Shown here one piece after another: positions 18,231-27,508 of a stretch of 39,521 nt of DNA. The stretch covers positions 1 through 39,521 of the forward strand of contig JAPNQO010000057.1 of assembly GCA_027251445.1 (NCBI GenBank), given 5' to 3'. The position numbers were made by a program, and so were the translations under genes. The notes under the pieces are model-generated. The model had not been told where the DNA came from, ran no database searches, and saw only the letters and a list, made by a program, of their open reading frames with translations. The DNA is from Fidelibacterota bacterium. Its GTDB lineage: Bacteria; Fidelibacterota; Marinisomatia; Marinisomatales; TCS55. Numbering within the stretch: position 1 is the stretch's first letter; each line of letters starts with the position of its first letter.

Positions 18231-18899
18231 CTAGTTTCTCCTTTTCTTTTGTTTGCGATTAGCTTCATAATAAGCCATTCGATCAATGAAATCTTTTTCA
18301 CTTTTTGCCTGAAGTAATGGACTTATTTTGATGTTATCTGCTAAGCTTATATTAGGTTTTTCCCCATAATCATGACCTGGATAAATTAGTGTATTACTAG
18401 GTAATGATAAAATCTTATCATATACGCTATGATATAAATCATTAGTGCTAGACTTAGCACTAATCGTTCTACCGGTTCTACCAACAAATAATGTATCTCC
18501 AGTAAAAATAATATTTTCCATTAAATAACAAACAGAATCAGGGAAATGACCAGGTGTATATATTACATCAATATTTAGCTTTCCCAGTAATATTCTATCT
18601 TTATCATTAACAGGTGAAAATTCAAATTTTGAATTTTGATTAACTAAATTTTCATAACCAATATATTTTGCATCAGGAAATTCATTAAGAATTTCATCTA
18701 AATGTGCTGTATGATCACCATGGGTGTGTGTTATTAATACTGCATGAATTTTTGTATGAATATATGGTTTGATTTTATGAAGGGGTATAGCTGCATCAAT
18801 TATAAATTGTGTTCCGGTTTGCATACAGGAAACCAAATATGTGAAGTTATCATCATACCCTCCACGAAATGTTCGTATTGAAAAGTCAGTTTCTGTCAC
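18231..18899 (-). CDS. Metallo-beta-lactamase-fold hydrolase (glyoxalase II / hydroxyacylglutathione hydrolase-like)
   Basis: DNFTYL, THTHGDH, TPGH, FTGDTLF, YPGHDY. Confidence 0.9.
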   Translation of the reverse strand: MTETDFSIRTFRGGYDDNFTYLVSCMQTGTQFIIDAAIPLHKIKPYIHTKIHAVLITHTHGDHTAHLDEILNEFPDAKYIGYENLVNQNSKFEFSPVNDKDRILLGKLNIDVIYTPGHFPDSVCYLMENIIFTGDTLFVGRTGRTISAKSSTNDLYHSVYDKILSLPSNTLIYPGHDYGEKPNISLADNIKISPLLQAKSEKDFIDRMAYYEANRKQKKRRN

Positions 18900-19000
18900 G
18901 ATTAAATATTTTCAAATGATTTAATTAACCAATAGTTTATCTTCTGAATAGTTGAAATGCACTATTTTAGTGAATTAATATTACTTACAGAGGTTTTAGC

Positions 19001-19204
19001 ATGAAACAAACAGGTATTTATCTTATTCTTGGAGGTGCTGTAGTATTTATCTTAGTATTTATAGGTAAGATTATTGCACTAATATTTAACAACCCTTTAC
19101 TTGGATTGGCACTTATGTCTGTAGTGCTTGGAGTATTTGTATTACTATATAGTATTATTCAAGAAGAAAGGGAAAAAGATGACTTTAAGGATATAGAAGA
19201 ATGA
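19001..19204 (+). CDS. Small two-TM hypothetical protein
   Basis: GAGG SD, two hydrophobic helices and an acidic tail; ATGA overlap with the next gene. Confidence 0.7.
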   Translation: MKQTGIYLILGGAVVFILVFIGKIIALIFNNPLLGLALMSVVLGVFVLLYSIIQEEREKDDFKDIEE

Positions 19205-19515
19205 AATTTGTCACTACTGAAACAGTTCCTGGTTTTAGTATTGTAGAATCATTAGGAATGGTAATGGGCAATACAATCCGCGCACGACACTTAGGTAAAG
19301 ATATTACAGCTGTTTTGAGAAGCATGGTTGGTGGTGAAATACCAGAGTATACTGGTATGATGGCTCAAGCAAGAGAGCAAGCTATACAAAGAATGTTGGA
19401 TCGAGCAAAAGAGTTAAATGCAGATGCAATAGTAGGTGTCCGCTTTCAAACTTCAATGGTTTTACAGGGATCTGCAGAATTATTAGCTTATGGAACCGCT
19501 GTTAAGCTTTCGTAA
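19201..19515 (+). CDS. YbjQ/UPF0145 family protein
   Basis: Family pattern TTETVPG...GNTIRARH.GKD...VGGE...AREQA...ADAIVGVRF...LAYGTAV. Confidence 0.92.
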   Translation: MKFVTTETVPGFSIVESLGMVMGNTIRARHLGKDITAVLRSMVGGEIPEYTGMMAQAREQAIQRMLDRAKELNADAIVGVRFQTSMVLQGSAELLAYGTAVKLS

Positions 19516-19580
19516 AATTAAATAATTGTTTGTTATCATTAACGATTTTTAAAAGATTTAACTAAGTAAAGAGAGTAATT

Positions 19581-19880
19581 ATGATTGAAGTGCTAACATG
19601 GATGCCTGCCCTAGTTCTTCCGGGTGCAGCATTAATACAATTAGTTAAATTATGGAAAACGCATGATCCAGGTGGAGTAAGTGTTTTATCATGGTTGATG
19701 TTTGGTATTGCAAATATTGGTGCATATTTTTTATTTGCGGAAACAGGAGGCGGATATTTAGATATCCGCACAATACTAGCCTTTTTATTAACTTCCGCTC
19801 TCAACTTTTGGGTTGTGTGGACAGTTTTAAAATATCGAATTAAGCCAGATGAGAAAAATGAATCAGAAAAGGATGATTAA
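19581..19880 (+). CDS. SemiSWEET/PQ-loop-like three-TM protein
   Basis: LIQLVKLWKTHDPGGVS resembles PQ-loop (PQ.k..kt....gvS); three TM helices in 99 aa. The canonical Pro before Gln is absent. Confidence 0.6.
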   Translation: MIEVLTWMPALVLPGAALIQLVKLWKTHDPGGVSVLSWLMFGIANIGAYFLFAETGGGYLDIRTILAFLLTSALNFWVVWTVLKYRIKPDEKNESEKDD

Positions 19881-20582
19881 ATGAAATATGTAAGTACAAT
19901 TATTATTTCAGTATTTATAATAGCTATATCATGTTCTAATAGTGAACAACAAGCTGAAGATGTCAAATTGAATGATTATATGGACACAGTTAGTTATAGC
20001 GTGGGTGTAGATATTGGTAAATCTTTTCGTTATCAAGAAATGGATATTAATCCTAAAGTATTAGCGAAAGGATTAGAAGATGCATTTAGTGAGAAAGAAA
20101 TTGAATTAACTGAAGAAGAAGTGCAATTAACATTGGGAAAGTTTCGTCAGGAGTTCCAACAAAAACAACGTGAGGTTGCTCAGAGGAAAGCACAGGAAGC
20201 AGCAGCAGCGGAACAATCTTATTTAGTCGCAAGTTCACAAAAAGAAGGTGTAGTCTCACTTCCAAGTGGTTTACAATATAAAGTTGTGCGACCTGGAGAT
20301 GGTCCGAGTCCTTTAAAAACTGATAAAGTAAAGGTGCACTATCGAGGGACCCTCACGGATGGTACAGTATTTGATAGTTCATATGATCGTGGTCAACCTA
20401 TTTCTTTTAACGTTTCTGGAGTCATTAAAGGTTGGACAGAAGCGCTATTGTTAATGCAAGTTGGAGCAAAATGGGAATTAACTATTCCTTCAGGCTTAGG
20501 TTATGGTGCAAGAGGCGGTGGTGCAAAAATCCCACCTAATAGCACACTGCTATTTGAAGTTGAATTACTAGAAATCGAATAG
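19881..20582 (+). CDS. FKBP-type peptidyl-prolyl isomerase (FkpA/Mip-like) lipoprotein
   Basis: Lipobox IAISC; N-terminal dimerisation domain SYSVG; SGLQY, VKVHYRG, FDSSY, VIKGWTE, IPPNSTLLFEVEL. Confidence 0.95.
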   Translation: MKYVSTIIISVFIIAISCSNSEQQAEDVKLNDYMDTVSYSVGVDIGKSFRYQEMDINPKVLAKGLEDAFSEKEIELTEEEVQLTLGKFRQEFQQKQREVAQRKAQEAAAAEQSYLVASSQKEGVVSLPSGLQYKVVRPGDGPSPLKTDKVKVHYRGTLTDGTVFDSSYDRGQPISFNVSGVIKGWTEALLLMQVGAKWELTIPSGLGYGARGGGAKIPPNSTLLFEVELLEIE

Positions 20583-20595
20583 AAAATTATGGAGC

Positions 20596-21198
20596 ATGCC
20601 TGACTTTAATATTCGGTCTTATCAATCTGGAGACAGGGATGCTGTATATGATATCTGTCTTAAGACGGGGGATTCTGGAAAAGATGCTTCTCATCAGTTT
20701 ACTGACCCTCTAGCCTTGGGACATATATATGCTGGACCATATATGGAATATGAGCCACAATCTGTATTCATTCTTAATAATGGAAAGAATCTTTCTGGGT
20801 ACATAATGGGTACGATGGATTCAAAATCATTTTACGACTGGATGTATAATGAATGGTTCCAATTATTACGCAATACTTATAGTCAACCTTCTGGTGATCC
20901 TTCAAGATGGAGTAGAACAGAAAAAACAATAAACATTTTTTTTACGGAAATGAATAAAAAATTATTTGAAGAATTTCCTGCGCATTTACATATAGATTTG
21001 TTACCTATAGCACAAGGGAAAGGACAGGGGAAGTTGATGATGGATCATTATATTTCTCATTTGGTGAATAATGATATTAAAGGTGTTCATTTAGAGCTTA
21101 GCATTACAAACAAACGTGCATTTAATTTTTATAAAAGATATGGAATGTCTGAATTAGAAAGAGATGATGATTCCATTTTTATGGGGTTACATATTTAA
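20596..21198 (+). CDS. GNAT family N-acetyltransferase
   Basis: PAHLHIDLLP.AQGKGQG acetyl-CoA motif; NKRAFNFYKRYG; GGAG SD. Confidence 0.88.
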   Translation: MPDFNIRSYQSGDRDAVYDICLKTGDSGKDASHQFTDPLALGHIYAGPYMEYEPQSVFILNNGKNLSGYIMGTMDSKSFYDWMYNEWFQLLRNTYSQPSGDPSRWSRTEKTINIFFTEMNKKLFEEFPAHLHIDLLPIAQGKGQGKLMMDHYISHLVNNDIKGVHLELSITNKRAFNFYKRYGMSELERDDDSIFMGLHI

Positions 21199-21213
21199 TA
21201 GAATGATATCATA

Positions 21214-22998
21214 ATGGTTCTTGGCACAATAGATTATGCAATAATTATAATTTACTTGGTTGGCACCGTTGTATTTGGTGCTTATATAGGTAGAAAGATA
21301 AAGTCTGGAAAAGATTATTTCTTAGCAGGACGATCTTTACCATGGTGGGCTATAGGCATGTCATTGGTTGTATCTGATATTGGAGCTGTTGATATGGTAG
21401 GAATTGCTGGATCGGCTTACTTATATGGTATTGTACTCGGGAATTATGATTGGTTAGGCAGCGTTCCTGTTATGATTATTGCCGCATTTTTATTTATCCC
21501 AATATTTTGGAAAAAGAAAGTTTCTACTATTCCAGAATGGCTTGGAGCAAGATATAATTCATCTGTACAAACTACTTCTGCATTAATATGGGGAATATAT
21601 ATGCCAATTAATTTAGGTATCATATTATATGCTTCTGCTGCAATGCTTAATGTTTTGTTAGATCTTAACCCTAAAGTCTTAATCTTGACTGAAAATAAAA
21701 TTGCTATTCAAAAAATTGCTCGTTCTACAGATGCAAAAAAATATGATTTTATTTATGCTAATACTATAGATCAGGGTATTGAATTATCTAATAATCGAAA
21801 TCCTATTATAGTTTTTGTGGATAAGAATCTTTCATTTGAATCAAATGATAAAGATTTATTCAGTGAGATTCCAATTGTATTCTTTTCTGAGGACGAAATT
21901 AGCTCTTCATGGGGCGCAATGAATATGAATCGTGCAAGAGAGCCTGACTGGGATATTTTTTATTCTATTTTAATAATGGGAGTAGTAATAGGCGTCTACA
22001 CTTTTTTAGGCGGCCTAAGGGCTGTTGTCTATACAGATGTAATTCAATGTGTTGTTATGTTAGGAGGGTCTCTCTTTGTATTATTCTTTGGAATATTTAA
22101 ACTAGGTGGCATAAGTGAGTTTGTAGGTATAATTAGCTCGATGGGAGAACGAACTAAAGATCATTTTTCTCTTGTCTTACCCGTAGACACAAAAACACCA
22201 CATCCTTGGTCAGGGATACTTTTTGGCCTAGGATTTGTTCTTGCAAATGCATATTGGATTGGAAATCAATCAATAGTTCAACGCTCATTAGGGGCAAGAT
22301 CAATGGCAGATGCAAAAGCATCTTATATTTTTGGCGCGTTATTAAAAATTTTAATTCCTTTTGCTATGGTTGTTCCAGGAATAATATCATTGGCTTATAA
22401 TCCTAATATTGCAGATGCAGATAAAGCAATGGCAACATTAATCAAAGAAATTATGCCCACGGGGTTATTAGGAATTTTCTTTGCCGCATTTCTTGCAGGA
22501 TTAATGTCAAGCGTTGATTCATTCCTAAATTCTGCGGCAACTGTATGGACTACAGATATCTATAAGAAGTATTTTAGACCTGATAGAGATGATGCTCATT
22601 ATTTAAAAGTTGGAAGAAGTTTTACTATTATTTTTATTATTGTTGCTATCTATGTTGCACAATTTGCAACTGGCTTTGAAAGTATATATGATTTAGCACA
22701 AACTTTATTATCATTTTTTCAAGGGCCAAGTCTTGCTATTATTATATTAGGTGTTTTATGGAAACGTGCTACTGGAACAGGAGCTTTAGTGGGTCTAATT
22801 GGAGGCGTTTCTTTTTCTGCGCTTTTAATGTGGGTTCACAGCAATGCTTCTATACCTTTATTTCAGATATCTGAACCTTTTTTATATGTAGCCTTATGGT
22901 CATTCATTCTATCTATAATACTTACAGTAATTGTGAGTATATATACTAAGCAGGAGCCGGATGAAAAATTAAGAGGCATGGTATATAGATATGATTGA
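21214..22998 (+). CDS. Sodium:solute symporter (SSS/SLC5) with an about 95-aa soluble insertion
   Basis: DYFLAGRSLPWW, GGLRAVVYTD.IQ, NQ.IVQR.L, LAGLMSS.DS.LNS; extra hydrophilic segment at aa ~151-245. Confidence 0.93.
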   Translation: MVLGTIDYAIIIIYLVGTVVFGAYIGRKIKSGKDYFLAGRSLPWWAIGMSLVVSDIGAVDMVGIAGSAYLYGIVLGNYDWLGSVPVMIIAAFLFIPIFWKKKVSTIPEWLGARYNSSVQTTSALIWGIYMPINLGIILYASAAMLNVLLDLNPKVLILTENKIAIQKIARSTDAKKYDFIYANTIDQGIELSNNRNPIIVFVDKNLSFESNDKDLFSEIPIVFFSEDEISSSWGAMNMNRAREPDWDIFYSILIMGVVIGVYTFLGGLRAVVYTDVIQCVVMLGGSLFVLFFGIFKLGGISEFVGIISSMGERTKDHFSLVLPVDTKTPHPWSGILFGLGFVLANAYWIGNQSIVQRSLGARSMADAKASYIFGALLKILIPFAMVVPGIISLAYNPNIADADKAMATLIKEIMPTGLLGIFFAAFLAGLMSSVDSFLNSAATVWTTDIYKKYFRPDRDDAHYLKVGRSFTIIFIIVAIYVAQFATGFESIYDLAQTLLSFFQGPSLAIIILGVLWKRATGTGALVGLIGGVSFSALLMWVHSNASIPLFQISEPFLYVALWSFILSIILTVIVSIYTKQEPDEKLRGMVYRYD

Positions 22999-23281
22999 TA
23001 TATTAACAATTCATATATCTGCATCTGTATCTATTGCAGATACTATATCTAATTTTTTAGGAATACCTGGGCAATTTATAAGGGATATTTTGTTAAATAT
23101 TAATTTACATTTTGCTAAATCCTTATTTATTATTTATTTCTTATCAATAACTTATTGGGTCTATAGCTTGCCCAAATCTGAAGTTATTTTACATGATAAA
23201 AACTCTGGAAAAGATATTAATCTAAAACCTTTCGCAATATCTGCAATGGTCATGATTATTATAATATATATAGTATTTTGA
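22991..23281 (+). CDS. Small membrane hypothetical protein coupled to the SSS gene
   Basis: Two hydrophobic segments; overlaps the SSS stop and the next start. True start uncertain. Confidence 0.6.
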   Translation: MIDILTIHISASVSIADTISNFLGIPGQFIRDILLNINLHFAKSLFIIYFLSITYWVYSLPKSEVILHDKNSGKDINLKPFAISAMVMIIIIYIVF

Positions 23282-23997
23282 ACATAAATATGAAGCATAT
23301 ATGTATTTATATATTGATTATATCATCTATATTAGATGCTCAAGCTAATACAGAAATAAAAGATTATTTTTCTAAATCGAGTGAAGAGATATTATCAAAC
23401 AATTATAACCAATTTATTTTAGGGTCTGCTGCTTTGGCAGCATTTGCTTCATTAACTATAGATCAAAAAATAAAATCATATGCACAGGGGAATGGTTTGC
23501 TACCTGAAAAAGTTTCACATTTTGGTGATATGTATGGTGGGTATTGGGCACATTGGATAATATGGTCATCAATTCTAGGCACTTCTATATTAGATAAGGA
23601 AAAAAATAATTTATCTGAAAAACTTGAATTTTCCACATTAGCTATGATTACAAATGGAGTAATAACTGAATTGATGAAAAGATCGTTTGGACGAGTAAGA
23701 CCAAATGGTGGATGTTGTAAATCTTTTCCCTCTGGTCATACTTCTCATAGTTTTACTGTTGCTACAATTGCAAATGAACTTTATGGCAATGAAGTTGGTC
23801 TGGTTGCATATTGCTTAGCTGCTTTGGTTGCAACAAGTAGAATTCATGATAATAAACACTACTTAAGTGATGTTATATTTGGTGCTGGGTTAGGTACTGC
23901 CGTAGGAAGAGGGTTTGCTTTGACATATCGAGATCGTATAAACAATAAGAATTTAAATACCCCTTTTTCCTTTCGTATATCAATACCATTAGATTAA
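23278..23997 (+). CDS. PAP2 family phosphatase
   Basis: KxxxxRxRP (KRSFGRVRP), SFPSGH, SRIHDNKHYLSDV. Confidence 0.92.
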   Translation: MNINMKHICIYILIISSILDAQANTEIKDYFSKSSEEILSNNYNQFILGSAALAAFASLTIDQKIKSYAQGNGLLPEKVSHFGDMYGGYWAHWIIWSSILGTSILDKEKNNLSEKLEFSTLAMITNGVITELMKRSFGRVRPNGGCCKSFPSGHTSHSFTVATIANELYGNEVGLVAYCLAALVATSRIHDNKHYLSDVIFGAGLGTAVGRGFALTYRDRINNKNLNTPFSFRISIPLD

Positions 23998-23998
23998 A

Positions 23999-24949
23999 GT
24001 GAAACACATACTTTTTCTTATTATAACACTCTCTATAACTCATGCAGAACAGCATGATATAAAACCACCGCGTGGTTATTTAAATAATACATTTTTAAAA
24101 TGGTCTGCAATGTTTGGTTGGATTGATCTAGTTAATACCAAACCAGATATACCTCCTGATATTGAAGCATTCATAGATGTGAAATTTAAAGAGACCGAAC
24201 AAAGATCACTTTTTCTTGATGTCTATCGTGAAAAAGGAATTAATAATTCCATGCCCTTAATTATTTTTGTACATGGTGGTAGTTGGACAAAAGGAGATAA
24301 AAAAGATTATCTTATATATTTATTATCGTATGCACAGAAAGGATATGTTACTGCCTCATTATCATACAGATTCTCACAGGAAGAAAAATTTCCTGCAGCA
24401 GTAAAAGATGTAATTTGTGGAATTAAATGGTTGAAAAATAATGCAATGGAATATGGAATTGATTCAAATAATGTTGCAATAGTTGGAGGATCTGCTGGTG
24501 CGCACCTTGCGCTTATGGCAGCTTACAGTATGGGGGGCTCATTTGGTGAAGAAAGTTGTGAAAGTGGATCAGCATCCCAGAAAGTAAATGCAGTAGTAAA
24601 TTTTTATGGGCCAGCTGATTTAACAACAGATTATGCTATTAATAGAAAAGAGACTAACTTTTTTATTGGTGCAGATTATAAAAGTCAACCCGAAAAATAT
24701 CTAATTGCATCTCCAATACATTATGTTACGAAAGATGATCCTCCCACTATGACTTTTATTGGAACTCTAGATGAACTTGTTCCATTGAATCAAACAAACA
24801 AATTGGATCAATCATTGAAAAAGGTTGATGTATATCATGATTATCATATTTTAAAGGGATGGCCACATACGATGGATGCTGCACGGCCCGTTAATAATTA
24901 TACGCAACATTATATGGATAAGTTTTTTAAACAATTTTTGAGGGATTAG
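23999..24949 (+). CDS. Exported alpha/beta hydrolase (HSL/BD-FAE-like esterase/lipase)
   Basis: Signal peptide; VHGGSW, GGSAGAHL, G.LDELVP, catalytic His in GWPH. Confidence 0.9.
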   Translation: MKHILFLIITLSITHAEQHDIKPPRGYLNNTFLKWSAMFGWIDLVNTKPDIPPDIEAFIDVKFKETEQRSLFLDVYREKGINNSMPLIIFVHGGSWTKGDKKDYLIYLLSYAQKGYVTASLSYRFSQEEKFPAAVKDVICGIKWLKNNAMEYGIDSNNVAIVGGSAGAHLALMAAYSMGGSFGEESCESGSASQKVNAVVNFYGPADLTTDYAINRKETNFFIGADYKSQPEKYLIASPIHYVTKDDPPTMTFIGTLDELVPLNQTNKLDQSLKKVDVYHDYHILKGWPHTMDAARPVNNYTQHYMDKFFKQFLRD

Positions 24950-24955
24950 ATTATT

Positions 24956-25948
24956 ATGAAAAACATTTTGATGATTCTAGCTATATCTTTTGCTTTTTTT
25001 TCCTGTGAAGCAAATAACAACGATAACACTAAACTATTGCAACCCATTAAATTAAAAGGAAATAATTGGGCAGAAAAATTAGGTTATCCTAAAAACAGTA
25101 GGGTAATTATGCTCCATGCAGATGACGTTGGTATGTGTTCTGAGGCAAATGAAGCTGTAATTCCATATTTACTAAATAATCAAATACAATCTGCATCTGC
25201 AATGGTTCCATGTGCGTGGTTCAATGATATTGCAGATTGGTATAAAAAAAATCCTGATCAAGATATTGGATTACATTTAACGTTAACAAGTGAATGGAAA
25301 TTATATCGGTGGGGGCCTGTCTCTAATGAACTTATGAATTCTAACATAACTGACTCAGAGGGTTATCTATGGAGGAGAGTGAAGGATGTAGTTTCTAATG
25401 TTTCTGTTGAAGATATAGAAATAGAGATAAGAGCTCAAATAAATCGCGCAAGAGAATTAGGTATTGAACCAGGACATATAGATACGCATATGGGAACACT
25501 ATATAGTAAAGTGGAGTATGCTGAATTATTTTTTAATATTGCAATGGAATATGGAATTCCAGCTAATGTTATTGAGTTTACGCCAGAAAAAGTAGAAATA
25601 TATAGGAAGCAAGGGTATCCAATTACAGATCGATTAATTAAAAGTGCTTCAAAATATACCTTACCAAAAATTGACAATATGGTTCCCGTCCCAAACGCTA
25701 AAAGCTATGATGAGATAAAAGAAAATTTTTATAAGTTGATTAAGAGTCTTGAACCGGGTATTACAGAGATTTATTTTCATCCTTCTATAGAAACTAATGG
25801 TTTAAAGAAAATAACAAATTCCTGGCAGCAGAGAGTTTGGGAGGCAAAAATGTTTTCAGATCCAGAAGTTATTAATTTTTTAAAAAATGAAGGTGTTCTA
25901 TTTACTAACTGGAAAGAAATGATGAAACGGTATAAAGATCAAACCTAA
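24956..25948 (+). CDS. YdjC/ChbG-family carbohydrate deacetylase lipoprotein
   Basis: Lipobox FFSC; HADDVG, IGLHLTL, HIDTHMG, EIYFHP. Confidence 0.88.
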   Translation: MKNILMILAISFAFFSCEANNNDNTKLLQPIKLKGNNWAEKLGYPKNSRVIMLHADDVGMCSEANEAVIPYLLNNQIQSASAMVPCAWFNDIADWYKKNPDQDIGLHLTLTSEWKLYRWGPVSNELMNSNITDSEGYLWRRVKDVVSNVSVEDIEIEIRAQINRARELGIEPGHIDTHMGTLYSKVEYAELFFNIAMEYGIPANVIEFTPEKVEIYRKQGYPITDRLIKSASKYTLPKIDNMVPVPNAKSYDEIKENFYKLIKSLEPGITEIYFHPSIETNGLKKITNSWQQRVWEAKMFSDPEVINFLKNEGVLFTNWKEMMKRYKDQT

Positions 25949-25949
25949 G

Positions 25950-27500
25950 ATGAAATTTATAAAGTATGTATTATTAGCTTTTATTGTTTTAATAATATTT
26001 TTTACAGTACTAGTTAATTATAATCTAAGAGATCGTCACCCGGATTTTAACATTGATATTTCTTTAAAAAATAATGGACAGGTTAGTACGATATCTGTTG
26101 GTTTTGCAAAGATGCCTATAACTCCTGATGTTACTGACACATGGAATGATTTAAATGGTAATGCAAAGTATGAACCTGATAAAGGTGATTTTTATAATGA
26201 TATAAATGGAAATAATAGGTTTGATCCTATATGGATAGGAGGCTTCCATAATAGTCGTCCCGCACAAGGTGTCCATGATGATCTTTGGGCGAGAGTTATG
26301 GTTTTAGATGATGGAAAGACTCAACTTGCTATTGTGAGTATTGATGCAGTGGGATTTATATATGATGATGCTGTAGATATAAGAAAAGAAGTAAAAAAGA
26401 ATATTGGTTGTGATTATACTATTATTTCGAGTACTCATGTGCATCAAGCGCCAGATTTGATCGGCATTTGGGGCCCAAGTTATTTTAAAAGTGGTGTAAA
26501 TAAACAATATATGCAGTATGTAAAGAAGCAAACTATTTCAGCGATTTCTACAGCTGTAAAAAATATAGTTCCAGCAAAACTTAAGATAGCTCAAGATTTA
26601 AAAGGCGCAATACCGTTTGTCGTAGATTCAAGAGACCCTCAAGAATTAGATCCAGGAATCAGAATTATACAAGCATTAGATATAAATACAGAAGAAACTT
26701 TAGGCTCATTAGTCAGTTGGAGTAATCATCCAGAGACACTATGGAGTAAAAACCTATTAATATCATCAGATTTTCCACATTATTTTAGATCTTCAATTGA
26801 AAATGGAGTCTTTAATGAAGATACAACTTTAGCTGAAGGAATTGGTGGTATATCAGTATTCATTAATGGTGCTGTAGGAGGATTAATGACGACTAATCCC
26901 AGCCACCCTATTCCTGATCCCTTTAATTCAACGCTTCATGAAGGTGCTACGTTTAAAAAAACTCAGGCGCAGGGACAACAGCTCGGTCTATTAGCTCTTA
27001 GGGCACTTCGTTCAAAAGATGCTAAAGAAATATCAAAATCTAAAATTTCACTGCGAGCAAAAACAATTACAATACCACTTGATAATACAAACTTTTTACT
27101 TGGTTTTATTTTAGGAGTAATTGATCATGGCACTATTGGATGGTTTAATGTGAAAACAGAAATAGCATCTATAGAAGTTGGTCCAATATCAATTATAACA
27201 ATCCCTGGAGAAATATATCCAGAAATAGTTAATGGAGGAGTTGTCTCACCAATAGGGCAAGATTATAATATTGATCCTATAGAAATTCCGCCTTTGAGAT
27301 CAATGATGAAAGGTGAGTATAAATTTGTTTTTGGATTGGCGAATGATGAAATAGGTTATATCATTCCAAAAAGTGAGTGGGATGAAGTACCTCCATATTT
27401 ATATAATCATCATAAATCTCCTTATGGTGAAATTAATTCTCTTGGGCCTGAAGCAGGTCCAATAATTCATAGCTCTATTAGAGAAATTTTAGAATATTAA
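25950..27500 (+). CDS. Ceramidase-like amidohydrolase with N-terminal anchor and Ca-binding-like loops
   Basis: GFAKMPITP, GVHDDLWAR, STHVHQAPD, NHPE, GAVGG, IPGE, GLANDEIGYI; DxNGN repeats. Confidence 0.78.
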   Translation: MKFIKYVLLAFIVLIIFFTVLVNYNLRDRHPDFNIDISLKNNGQVSTISVGFAKMPITPDVTDTWNDLNGNAKYEPDKGDFYNDINGNNRFDPIWIGGFHNSRPAQGVHDDLWARVMVLDDGKTQLAIVSIDAVGFIYDDAVDIRKEVKKNIGCDYTIISSTHVHQAPDLIGIWGPSYFKSGVNKQYMQYVKKQTISAISTAVKNIVPAKLKIAQDLKGAIPFVVDSRDPQELDPGIRIIQALDINTEETLGSLVSWSNHPETLWSKNLLISSDFPHYFRSSIENGVFNEDTTLAEGIGGISVFINGAVGGLMTTNPSHPIPDPFNSTLHEGATFKKTQAQGQQLGLLALRALRSKDAKEISKSKISLRAKTITIPLDNTNFLLGFILGVIDHGTIGWFNVKTEIASIEVGPISIITIPGEIYPEIVNGGVVSPIGQDYNIDPIEIPPLRSMMKGEYKFVFGLANDEIGYIIPKSEWDEVPPYLYNHHKSPYGEINSLGPEAGPIIHSSIREILEY

Positions 27501-27508
27501 TTTTTATT

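Noticed and set aside
18230..18301. N-terminal extension of the listed 126-aa ORF (17921-18301)
   Set aside because: It overlaps the MBL gene by 71 bp. The ATG at 18229 has a good SD and starts a signal-like helix.
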